Assembly: GCA_037379345.1 (NCBI GenBank)
Contig: CM074523.1
Location: forward strand, 26,318,995-26,382,994
Source: Perna viridis
Lineage: Eukaryota
Length of the DNA stretch: 64,000 nucleotides
Direction of reading: 5' to 3'
Below are positions 12,401-24,294 of this stretch, in pieces (position 1 is the stretch's first letter; every line of letters begins with the position of its first letter). A program made the position numbers and the translations under genes. The notes under the pieces were generated by a model. The model ran no database searches and was not told the DNA's origin. It worked only from the letters and a program-made list of their open reading frames with translations.

Positions 12401-15400
12401 CTTCAAATAATCTTGACTCGGCCGTTCTGGTGGTATTTTGTATACCACTCATTGGACTAACCTCACAACATTTGTTATCAAATGATGTTTCCATTAAATT
12501 TTCTTTATTCAGTCTATTTTCTGTAGTCTGTATTCCTCCCGGGATTCCCCCCATCGGGCTGTTCTCACTTAGTCGACACAACGACGGTCTAATTGCTTTT
12601 AATGAACTTTCTTTATAACATGGTTCGTCCTTTCAATAAAAATTATACAATAATGAGCATGCAACCAAAAAAAAAAAAAAGAAAAAAAGAAAACTCAGAA
12701 ACGGAATAATGGAATTTTATTTTGAGCAGTACATTATAGGTTGTCTATTCATTGTATTACTAGAATTACGAGTTTTAAGAAACAGGCAGTGGGTAAAACA
12801 TGGTATGAGAAAAAAACACCATTTTGAAAGGTTGATTTGACTATTTGTACCATCAGAATAAAGGGGAAAAGACAAGATTTTCATTGTCACTTTGATAAAT
12901 TGAATTATAATTTCATTGAAATGCACTTGAAAATAGTTAAACAGCAAGATATTTTACGTGTTTCATTGAACAGATTCATTTACCATAAACTTCATCTTTA
13001 TTGTTGAAACTGTTTTGCAACATGACATATACCTACCTAAAATTTTTTTTTCATTTTTGAACAATTTGATTTTTAAAAAAAGTTCCTGTCTATCACCCAT
13101 ACTATTAATTCTAAAAGATATTTCTGCTCAGCTGTAAGAGGATTAAAAAAACTATGTGCCCATTATACAATTGCACCAGCCCAGCAATCTGATAAATATT
13201 GAACGGTCCATTATCTCGTAAACATACACTGAAAATATCTTACCCCAAATGAAAAGGATCGTTTAAAGCTAGAGTCGTCACATCTCTGAAACTTCGGTGA
13301 CGGCGAGTTTTCCTCATCGCATGGTCTTTTAGAACTGAACAGAGAATTCTTCACTCTCCTTCTTGGTCTGTGGATCTGGAAAAGAAATCATACATTTTTA
13401 TTGGTTTGAACTCTATCAAAAGTTCTTCCTAATACATGTAGATGAGCATATTCATCCCCACATCATAATTCTTTTTTTCGGGAACTGAAAGAAGAAAATT
13501 CCATAAATACTGTAAACTGTTAAAAGCAAGTGCTAGAATCTGTTAGAATCTCGCAAAATTGAATAATAATTTATCATGTTCAGAAAAACTCACGACTCTG
13601 ACAAAGTGGGCACATAGTTTATGGTATGTTGTAATTCAACTTATTTAAACTGTATTTAAACAGTGCCATTTGAAGACGTAACATATTATTCTCATAAAAA
13701 TGTCCACTGTCCACCAACCAGCCCTTTTTCCAATAATACCCAGAAAACTGTACCCAACACCCGACAAATATTTTTTTTTATTACTGTGGCCTCGGTTAAT
13801 AGTATTACTGTTCTAGCTGAAAAGCCTCGATCAATATCACTGTTGCTTACCTGAAAACATATATCTGGCGTCAGTGATTGAGATGGATTGTCAGAACAAA
13901 GGGCGGAGAAACGTGGAACGGGCATATCGTCCGGTAACTGAAAAAATAAATTACAAATGTTGGATGTAGAATTGTCTCAACAAAAACAAACTAATAAATT
14001 AAATGGCCAGGCCAGTAGAGATTGAAGGAGTTTCTTTAAGATTTTGTAAAGCTGCGGTCTACAGTTGTGTTCCTGGATGCAGTGATCGAATGAGAAAAAA
14101 TAGTAGTCCCAATTCAAATTAGATTTAGCAAATTTCGCTTTTTGACAAGGTTATATACATTGTAATCTTGAAATATTCATTTACAGTCATTTCAGTGAAA
14201 TTAAAACAATTTCATTTTACCAAAATAATATAGCAAACATGGTTATGTTTCCCACATAATCTCTTGAGGTATCGATAGTGTAAACTATTTCATTGATGTC
14301 TTCTGGCCATGTTTTATCCACTGCCATATTCCTACAACTTGAACTTAACATTAAAAAACTGAAACTAGGTAATAGGCTTACACTTAAAATGTAGCCCTAA
14401 CGCAAATGTTACGGTTACATACATGCGTGCCACCACTCATTTTTCCGTTGCATGTTGTTAACATAAATATCTGGATACCATGAGGTCCATTACCGCAAAT
14501 CGAAAGTCTCACATAACATGAGTGGAACCATACCATTCTCAATGGAGAGATCAACGTAATGATCGAGTTTAAGCCTATCCGGTACCTTAGAAACGTCCTA
14601 TCCGGTACCTTAGAAACGTACCTTTTTCAATTCCATGCCAATACCGGAATCTTCATCGTCGTCAGCAGCAGTGAACAAGTTTTTCTTCATTTCTGGAGTT
14701 ATTATGCTGAGGACTTCATCCATTCCATCTTTGGTTGGCGTGCTTCCACTATTCAGAGTGCTGGAGAGCCTGCATGTACATGTATTGAATGGATAAGCAT
14801 AGGAGGTAAACTTGCTATAAAACCACAACATGCTCAACGAGTACCTCTGAGGTTGAATTCATGTTTCGGACCAAAAAAAAATATTTCATAATAATAAAAA
14901 CAAAGCTGTGAATAATAGGCATGTTTAGCACTATATTACAGTTAAGCAAAGAGAACATACTCAATTTGATAATGATAAGCATAACGACTATATGCTCTTT
15001 TAGTTTGTTTTGTTTGTTTGTTGGGGTTTAACGTTCGCGCAGCAATATTTCAGCTATATTCAGACGATGAACATGAAATTGATGATAAAATGAACATGAA
15101 ATGATGATGAAATCAAAAAGGGATGGGACACAAGGACAATGGGGTCGACAAATTTTGATTGCCACTGGAAATAGGAAGAGATGTGTAGGGTCGGACAATT
15201 TAGCCTCCTGTGGCGGAGCCCTATGGTTCCTACTCCGGGAGAATACCACAGTAGGGTTCTTTAACGTGCGAGGAACGTGGCATCTTTCCCAACACGGTGA
15301 ACCACTATGGTTTGCGGTCAGGTTTTCCGTATTATAGCCTGACAACCCCAACATGTAACACACCAGGGGTACTCCATTCCACCACCTGGGGCACACATCC

Positions 15401-18400
15401 CAGTTGCTTTGTGGGCAGAGCACTATTTAGTCAGAAAAAATCTAATATAATAATAGGAGTTGCGGTATGATTGCCAATGAGACAGTCATCCACCAAAAAC
15501 CAAGAAACGAACTATTAAACTTCTACAGGTTACCACACGGTTTTAAGTGATGGGTAACCCATACCATAAAGCAAGTTGTAAAAGGACCGAAAATAAAAGA
15601 AGAGAAACTATTCATAAAAGACGAAAATCGACTTAACCTTTAGAAAAAACGTAAAACGAATAACAATGAACATAACAAAAAAAATAACGACAACTCCTGG
15701 AGTACAGGTTCCTGGCTTGGGACTAAGTCGTATATAAGCTTTTTGTTGCTATCAACATTCTGGAGAAACAGAAACAGACATAGAACCATCTTAGAAACCA
15801 GATTGAACCAACTCTTCCTAAAACCATTTTTATCCCCTCGACTGGGTCAGTGAGAAGAATTTGTTACCCTTTTTAATCGAAGAACAGAGTTCATTATAAA
15901 CAGCTAAAAGTGACTGTCAAAATGATGCCTGTGTATTTTGGATTCTTTTAGTTTTCTATTTAAAAAGATTCGACTATTGAAGGGACTGAAACAGACGTGA
16001 ACCAAAAGTTACAAAATGTACAAATTGCAATATTAATTATTGACGGATCCATGGTGTTTCAGGAGTAGGATACCTTTCCCTTTTGTCGGAAAATTGTGTT
16101 AAGGAGGTAGACCTAAGGTAAGACACTTAACTCTCAAAATCAGTGATATGTTTGCATCATATTCAATTTCACCAAAGCCTATCAAGCTTTTCTTTGAAAC
16201 ACAATAAAATCAGTCCAAGTTACTTCGATGCTTACACGAGTTTGATGTAAAATAGTTAATAAAGACGTTCCAATGATTTGTAAGAGTTGTTTCCCTTACT
16301 CTAGGTCTACCTCCTTTAATTTAGAGAATTCAAAGAAAATTGTCAAATAATAGCCTGGGCCCTTCGAAAATCTCGGGATCCTCGCCTGATTAATCATATT
16401 GTTTTTGACTCAATTTTGATTCAGTTTTTGCATCTAAATGACGAAATATTTTATATTTAATTTTGGGAACAAGAAGTTGACGCTAAATTGTGAAGTCAAG
16501 AAGTTACTATACTTACGAACTTAGACGTGACATTCTGTTCCAGATGTCTTTGAATCCTAGATATCAAATAGTTTGATATAAAAATCACGGTGTTGAAGCT
16601 TCCCAATGTTTAGTTTTTAACCTCGCTGATGCAATGTGGTTTTAGTCACTCTTAGTATCCAATTTACAGACAATTCTACATTTACTTGTATATATCCGTG
16701 AAAATTTCAAGCTGAAATATTCGATTTGATTTGTTATTTCAAATTCTAATATATTGTTGATTTACCGCTAATGCATCCATATTTATATTCAAAACACCGT
16801 AGATTTCTCGGGGCACTGAGTATTGTATTAGAGATTCACTCAGTCTTACATCCGTTAAAAGAGTTCATCGTGCTCAATTCGTCACCTGGTTAGGCAATTA
16901 ATCACCCATTACAACTAATTAATGAAAGATAATTAGTAATTTAGTCATTTCATATAATTAGCTGTTTAAAGGTGAGATTGTAATTACATGTACTTTGTTT
17001 ACAATTTGAAAAAAAAAGTAAAAATGTATTTGTGTTTTATTTTTCGAATGAGCTGACAGTTTAAATTATAAGTTGCAAAACAAAACCGTATTATAGATAA
17101 TACAACTTACATGACTTAGTATAAATGGAGTAAAATTAATATTTCAGTGGAATTAAAATGTTAAAATTAATGCATGTAACCAATGTAAAAATTAAGAAAT
17201 GTATGACACTGCTTTTTTCATCGCAAAACTTAATTTAGGGACTGGTGTTATGATAAACTATATACAAGTCAGGAATTGAGTCAAGCTAGGAATAAATTCT
17301 TTAAAAAATATCACCCAAACCGTTTAAAAATCGTAAGTATCACATACATACTATATGTGAATAAAAAGTGATGACGAATGCAATAAAATTCAAGGGAATT
17401 AACCCGAACACAACCCCCAAAAAGTGCATGTCCCAAACCGTTTTTGTATGTATTTTTAGTACATACACCTGGGAGTTGTGTACCACAATATGATATTAAC
17501 TTACTTGCTGTCACCAGTCCACAATTGCAACTAGGTTAATAAATAAACATTCTTGGAATCTCCAATTTATGCATACGTAAGCAGATGTATGGAACTTGAA
17601 GTTGTTTGTAAATGAGTTATGCACCTTTTCGCGGTCTTTTACTAGCTTTGTGACGTAATCGAGACGAAGGGATATTTAAAAAAAAAGAACCCAATAGAAT
17701 AACATAAAAATAGATCCGAAAAAAAATACATAACTGTAACCATCCCATGAAGTCTGTGTTTGAAGTACTATATCTCGTCAAATAAAACATGACTGTTCTG
17801 AGTATATGTACAGTTTCAGCTGTGTCCAGCCGTAAACTTATTTTTATAAAATCACTGTGCTATAAATATTACTCGCCAATTCAATGAATGCGAGAAAAAA
17901 AATGTTGCGTTGGTTTTGTGTGTGTGTTTATTTATTTATTTTGTTTTTGTTTTTGAGTATTGTTAAGATGTGTTTTTCTTTTCATTTTCAGAAAATCTTG
18001 AGAATCCATATGATAGGAGAGTTAACGTAAGTTGCATTGTACGTCCGTCAGTCTGCCCTAACATGGCATCTAAATATACTTATGAGTAGACAACAAAGAC
18101 AACAGTGTTGGACAAAACAATGAGAAGAGAACAATACCAAAGTCAGAAGAACCAAAACGAAATAAAACAATCAAATATAAACATTAAACAGATGAACCTT
18201 TCTGTTTTCTTTTTTTGCAAATACGACGGATATATTACACCCATCCTCTCAAGTCAAAATTTTAAGTCTACCTTCGCTCTTTGGGGGAGCAGATTCAAAA
18301 CCCTGACTTGAGAGGAGGATTATATACACAATCACTGAAATAGAGAAAAATAAAAAATGCGATTTCGATAGTAACGAATGGCCAATACTAAAGTGCCACG

Positions 18401-21400
18401 CGGTGAAAAAAAAAAACCAAAATGCAAACAACGAGAGTGTAACATATAGACCTTCGTCTGCTTTAAATTACAAACAGTATGGTACTGTTGGGCGTCTATT
18501 TCCATTCTTTGAAAAATGAGGAGTTTGTACACAAATAATTTATGTAGAAGTACATTTACTAGAATGGACACACGCTGTGCTCATGACGTTTACGAAGCAT
18601 TATATTCCATGTAAAAATCCCGATTCCAGGTACCTGCGGTAAAAATATCACGACCTATGAACCTAGCTGTGGTAACAGTTTCATTTTGATTTGTAGGAAG
18701 GGTGATTGTTCCATGTTTGGTGCTTGGGGTAAAAGTGTACCCGTCCCAGGGTCACTATTACAACTCCGAGCATTAGATTGGAGTGTGGATGGTGAGTGTA
18801 CATAATCGAAAGCCACAAGGAAAAAGACAAAGTCTTGTACAAAATCTTTAACATTAAGGTTTTTTTTTTACCTCGAAATCAAATTAGGCGACACATACCG
18901 TGTTTAAATCAAACTTCTAAAGTGTGTCAAGCCAACATCATTTTGAAAAAAAAAAATGAAAATCTATGTACAAAAAAATATTAGGTATGATCTACCTTAA
19001 AGAAGAAATAAAAATAAAACAGTTTGCTACAGTTTTACAGTAAACAATAGCATTGCTTTGTTAAAAATGTTACGGGTACTACCATTTGTTTTTTACAAAG
19101 AGGCTAGGATCAAATTTGAAATAAAAGGCAGGATTGAAATTTAAAAAAAAATGAAAAGTCAGGACAGGCCATAATTAGAATAAAAAAAAAGAATTTCAGG
19201 ATCTATCTTTGTCCTAAAAAAAAGGCAGCAAAAATAAAAAGAGGCAGGATATAAAATCAAATAGTTGCTCCGTAAGTGAGGGTATTGTGTTATTTGTCGA
19301 CATATTGTGTGTCAAATTTGTGTACACTAGTACGATATATTATTTAAATTTATTTAATTACGCAGGACCCTTCAAAGATTTTCCTCAAGTAACCGTCTAC
19401 CACCCGAAGGACGGAAATGGTCACGCTTTTGCAAACTTTGGTTGGACCGGTTGGATTGGCTCGATAACAGGTACTCACCTATAAATAATATTTTTCATTT
19501 CAAAATTAAAAAAGAGCGAAGTGAAATTTGCTTTCAACTAACCTCGTTGACAGGTGTGACGATATTTGATTACCATCCATATCTGTACCGACATTCAGCT
19601 GATCCGACCCCGTCCGGGTCCGAGTACATGTCAAAAGAATAGGCCCGCAGCAGCGCTAAGCTTGTCGTAAAAGGCGAGTAAATAGTGCTCAGAACCCTGA
19701 CCGAGGACTAGGGCGCCCTACCCACAAAGTAACTGGGTTGTGTGCCTCAGGTGGTGGAATGGGGTAACCCTGTCATATTACATGTTGCGGCCATATATAC
19801 GGAAAACTTGACCGCAAACCATACCGATGCAAAGTGTTGGGAAAGATGTCGCGTTCCTCGCACGTTAAAGAACCCAGCTTTGATATTCGATAGGAGTAGG
19901 AACATTTGCCCGACCTTAGCCCCTCTCCCTATTTCCAGGGGCAATTAAAATTTGTCTTCCCAATTATCCTAACACCAACAATCAATCAATCCAGCTGCTC
20001 CAGCTTTCGAGTTTTTATCACAAAACTTTTTACTCCGTTTTGTTTGGAATTGCTGACATTACACAGACTTTCAAAGACACATGTAGGACTCGAGATTACA
20101 CAAATGCCCCTAGGATTTAAGTACACGTATGCTGCCCATTGGTTAGGTTCGTCACCAGGAAATTATACGCTCGTGCATGGCTTTGACCTTATTGGCCACG
20201 ATTTCAAACTGTCAAAGATGATATTGTTCTTTTATCGGACGTACCAACAACGACCAGCACAGCAGGTGCCTTTCAAAAAGCAGAAACTAGCTGCTCATTG
20301 ACAACTTCCCGAAGCACCCCGGTTTTAGATGGTTTTCATGTGTATTGTGTGTGATTTGTTCTTTGTCTGTTGTGTTTAATTTTCTAGGCTTTCCTTTAAC
20401 GCGGAGTTCCTCTGGTTGCCTGCCATTAATCTCTTAGTGACATGTTATTGATTAACCGGCCTTTTTGCAATTGGAAATGCTTTAAAAACGACATTTTATG
20501 ACTTTTTTTGTCCTTGTGTACCATTTGTTTCTAATATATCATTATGTTATTTGTAGGCATGAATTCTAAAAGAATGGCGATTTCGGAGATCGGAGTCTCA
20601 TTTCCAGACGAATCGTTCGGAAAAGAATCGAGATTTGGAATACCATTTACCGTAAGTATATCTAACAAAAAGCTATGAATGTTAAAACATCCGCAAACCC
20701 AATAACCACTTTCTTATTACTACGCATTACTTCGCTTCGTTACTTGCAGCTCATTGAAAAAGCAAAGCTCTTTCCGATGCACTATAATGATTTGCATATT
20801 AAAGAGGGCGATGCCAGAGGTGTATAAGTTTTGAAATAAAGAATATACCTTTGTATAGAATCTAGACGGTCTGCATGCATGCAGTTTCCCTGAATCCCAA
20901 ATTTAGGCATGCGCTTTCCCCGTTAGATGTTATTTCATTCGTGGTTGTAGATAACTTCAGTCTCGAATGCAGTAGTCGATGAACATTAGTGATATATACT
21001 TCCAGGAGGTATAAGAATATATGCTGGACATGTACGTAGAATACCCCGCGGCTAATACGAAAAGATCTTTTTTGCCCGAGAAAATTTTTCTGTTTTTTTC
21101 AAGCGTAACCAAAACGTTTTTGTTTCCAGAACATACTCCGTGATGTACTGCAATATGACAGCACTATTGATGATTCTATAAATAGACTGTCATCGTCACC
21201 AAGGACGTGTGATCTTATTCTGGGTGTAGGGGATGGAAAGGTAAAAGCGTTTTTTTTTCAATTTCAAAGAAGTTTTAAGGAGGGATGTGATTGTCAATAT
21301 CACTATTTATTTACTTTCAAGATTATTTTTTGTGAACCTCTCTGATTATTAACGCTTAGTGGCTCAGCAATTACTTCAATATGACTAAATTTAAAACTCT

Positions 21401-23002
21401 TTTCACCATCTTGAGCATGCGTAATATTTATCTTGAGCATGCGTAATTTTTAATATGCAAAATTTTGCACATTTTCTTTTCCCAGCTTGGAGAGTTTAGA
21501 GGCGTTCAGTATTCAGCATCAGTTGCTAATTTCATTGATGACATGAACTTAAAACCGGAAGCTCCTTGGCACCCGAAGATTAAAGACGTTGTTTATTGGG
21601 GTAAGGTCCCATACTTTTGTATTACATATGATTTAATTGTTATACTTATCATACAATAATTGCCTATATAGAGGGTGTTATCATGAAAACAGTACAGTGA
21701 TATTGCCTGAAACGAAAAACAGGCGAAGACATTATAAATGTTGAAGGCAATGTCACTTCTCAAGGGCAGTCAATTTATCGATAAATGTCCTCTACATGAG
21801 CAACTACTGTGTTTATTTCATTGAAGAATCTGATGAGGGCATTATCGTGTGATAATGCTCTCCTGACATTTTAACGCATGTTAATGAATATATTACCATG
21901 TTTTAATCAATAAGAATAGCTTATTCTTCTCCGATATGAAAAAGAATATGTATATATCTATATCTATATCTATATCTATATATATATGATAGCATATTTT
22001 TTTAAGGATGCAAAAATCGTCGATTGATTATATTCTTTCTAATAAATATTTACGCTGAATTTATTTTAAAATATATAAATATAGTTATAGACAATTTTCA
22101 TTCTAGTTTCATTAGGCAATAAAGTATGCATGGTCGTCTATGCCTAGTACAGAAGAAGGCGCGAAGATTGACATATCAATGGGAGTGTGCCAAAATAATC
22201 GATGGAAAAGTTTTAAAGGTCTTACCACGATCTATATCTTTTCTCGTCAACAAGAAAAAAAATGAACTTGTATTTGCTCTTTTTAACATACTTATTCACA
22301 TGACTAGTTGACAACACATGACGAGTGGCGGCTTATATCGGGAATGTTGACCATGATAATTGTCTTCGACATCTGTTATGCCTTCAACAGCGGTTTTGGC
22401 ATATTGTTCTTTTTTTTTCAGTCAATTCTGGTCTTCCTTGTGATATCACCATTTCAAGATAAAAGTTGGCACTGTGTAAAATATTATGGAAAGTCATAGA
22501 CTTATTTACGACTTACTTGGCCTGGTACTTTTTTAGGTATGGATTGGCTTTGCCCGGGATTTAGTCAGACTCTAGCAAGACAACTGAACAAACATTACGG
22601 AAATATCACCGTAGAAAACGTCATACGTGACGTCACGTCCATCACCCAGACAGGCAATCTTCATATTGCAATTTATGACCTAACGAACAATGTGGCATAT
22701 CTTGCCAATGCCAGATCTACAGGCGCTACTGGACCCATGTATGCTTATGAAAGGTAGCAGTATCGTTTCTCTTATTTATACACCTATGCATACTTTGGAA
22801 GCGGGATGTATTTAGTGATCATGATGTCCGTCCATCCGTTCTTTAGTCTACACATTTTTCGTAATAGTTTTCTCTTCCAACTACTTATCACAGTCAGATA
22901 AAATTGTGCAAGCATGCCATATCGCGTAATTTGATTAAAACTTTGTTTATATTTTAACCATGTGTTTTTTGTTTTTTTTTGTTTTTTTTTTGTTTTCTTA
23001 TT

Positions 23003-23035
<33 letters not shown>

Positions 23036-24293
23036 TTTTTTTTTGGGGGGGGGGGGGGCGACTATTGGAGCCGGGGTGTCCTTTAGTGAATTTTTTCTCA
23101 AAATGACTTTAGTTTCTTTTAATTTAGGATATGATTTAACATGACGGATGTTTCAAGAAAAGGATATATCCTACTTATAAATGCAATAGACTAGAGAAAG
23201 TATTTTTTACCACGAGCGCCGAGACCACGAGATAACACACTTTTGGCAGTTATCTCGATCGATACACACTGTCAATGATTCATGATCTTGTACTTTATAT
23301 GTTTACCACACAATCAGTTGTCTACCTTATAGAGTCTACGTGTTAACCACGTGATTATTAATGAGCATGCGTGACATATACTTATGCGAGGTAGGTCTTG
23401 GGTAGTAAAAATCGTCCGTGCGAGATTCGTAAGAGTAGTCATGGACGTTAAAACCCCTTTAGTAGTAGAGTAGTAAAAAGAATTTTCTTCGCGGAAGTGA
23501 ATGTAAAGTATGCTCATCGACTACCATGCTATTCATCAACCACCTTTATCATACCTCATATGTCAGTTTGCTGTATTGTGTTTTGTTCAAAACGAGAGTA
23601 ATATGCTACTCTTTCACATATCTCAAAGGGGTGGTAGTTTTTCCCATCTATTAACCTCTCGTTACGACTTCAACTGGTTCCGGTATTATTAAGCACCAGT
23701 CCTATTTGAGTCGCTTTTACGTTTGGAGGAACGTACATAAGATAACTGGAATAACATTAACGCAAAAACAGGAGCGCAATGTACAAAAAGTTAGCCGATA
23801 TCAATGAGGACGGCTATGTAAATGATCACTTGTCTTCTTAAGACTCAAAATCGACGAAATGATAAAAAAGACACTCCCATTTTCAAATACATGCAAATTT
23901 AAGAGAAAAAATTATCAATTAAATAAATAAATTAAACAAAAGACACATTATTTAAAAAAGAAAACATACAAAACTGATTGTTAGGTTTCATAATAAAAAA
24001 TAAGAAATGGAACAATCAGTAAAATACAGTAAATTATATATAGCTAAGTTTGTTACTATAAGAAAATACATTGTCACCCTCGGCTACGCCTCGAGGAATC
24101 AGTGATTTTCTTGGGGTAACAAACTGCTCTGTTATCCTCTTATCTATATATTATTTATATGATACACTATAACACGAAAGGGTCTATTTCATAACTATGA
24201 TTCTTTAGTTACTCTATTTACAGGACGTTTGTTAGAATGAATATGACAGAATTATTCAGCGTTCCTCCACCATCAGAAAATATTTCCAAATAA
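3453..24293 (+). CDS. Secreted Ntn-hydrolase, acid ceramidase-like / Dictyostelium dcd1A-dcd1B-like protein (13 exons, 441 aa)
   Basis: Exons 3453-3524, 4685-4820, 5420-5517, 6671-6738, 7939-8047, 17992-18026, 18697-18791, 19366-19470, 20557-20651, 21130-21240, 21486-21600, 22537-22753, 24224-24293. All introns are GT-AG, phases are compatible, total 1326 nt. Protein starts with a signal-peptide-like [24 protein letters not shown], then [28 protein letters not shown] (putative autocleavage-site nucleophile Cys), [32 protein letters not shown] and [10 protein letters not shown]. Confidence 0.88.
5735..5955 (-). mobile_element. tRNA-derived SINE (Meta/MESC-core-like), degenerate
   Basis: Minus strand carries a B-box-like GGGTTCAATCCC followed by ...ACCAAAGACTTTAAAA... 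and ends in an (AATC)n tail. Confidence 0.6.
6790..7120. repeat. Dispersed repeat, second copy at about 55050-55405
   Basis: ggtggcacatgacaaa...ggagataactcttt...atcataggatctgcctg is shared by both loci. Confidence 0.55.
7590..7870. repeat. Dispersed repeat, second copy at 42525-42810
   Basis: aagaatcaggc...ggcacatcat...tctcaatttggtc...tttatcctg...gtgcatttcaa is shared by both loci. Confidence 0.6.
8797..9190. mobile_element. MITE with TIRs and a perfect 8-bp TSD
   Basis: Left end gttttccagtcgttccggcccca and right end tggggccggaacgacttgcatcc are inverted repeats, with subterminal repeats of gtcgttccgg. Flanked by CATGCGTG at 8789-8796 and 9191-9198. Confidence 0.8.
9594..9599 (-). terminator. 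Candidate polyadenylation hexamer of Cdc25
   Basis: First AATAAA I could find on the minus strand after the stop at 10026; it implies a 3' UTR of roughly 450 nt. Confidence 0.45.
10026..16533 (-). CDS. CDC25: M-phase inducer phosphatase (Cdc25), nested antisense in intron 5 of the dcd1-like gene (9 coding exons, 412 aa)
   Basis: Coding exons (minus): 16533-16517, 14769-14622, 13937-13851, 13375-13244, 12629-12261, 11856-11758, 11539-11409, 10778-10661, 10163-10026. All GT-AG, phases compatible, total 1239 nt. Catalytic-domain motifs: [91 protein letters not shown]. The 17-nt first coding exon is the least certain. Confidence 0.95.
15003..15432 (-). mobile_element. SINE-like element with Deu/Nin-type core, in Cdc25 intron 1 / dcd1-like intron 5
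   Basis: Contains GCACGTTAAAGAACCC on the minus strand and an (AAAC)n tail; similar to 19660-19990. Confidence 0.65.
16099..16319. mobile_element. ~215-bp TTAA-flanked MITE (Kolobok-like termini), copy 1
   Basis: TTAA-GGAGGTAGACCTA...TAGGTCTACCTCC-TTTAA terminal inverted repeats; near-identical copies at 44385 and 45634. Confidence 0.8.
19550..19992 (+). mobile_element. SINE-like element with Deu/Nin-type core, in dcd1-like intron 8
   Basis: GCACGTTAAAGAACCC core and (AATC)n tail. Shares about 250 nt with 15150-15430 in the opposite orientation; the ORF track shows near-identical pseudo-translations. Confidence 0.65.
22965..23058 (+). repeat. (TTG)n / poly-T / poly-G low-complexity run
   Basis: Direct reading; it produces spurious polyQ and polyC ORFs. 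Confidence 0.9.
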
Positions 24294-24294
24294 A
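24289..24294 (+). terminator. Polyadenylation hexamer AATAAA overlapping the dcd1-like stop codon
   Basis: ...TCC AAA TAA AAG; followed by GT-rich actgtgtctttgtgtg. Confidence 0.5.

Noticed and set aside
17620-17660. E2F-like (TTTCGCGG) and CRE-like (TGACGTAA) motifs upstream of Cdc25
   Set aside because: Short motifs with unknown transcription start; cannot be distinguished from chance.
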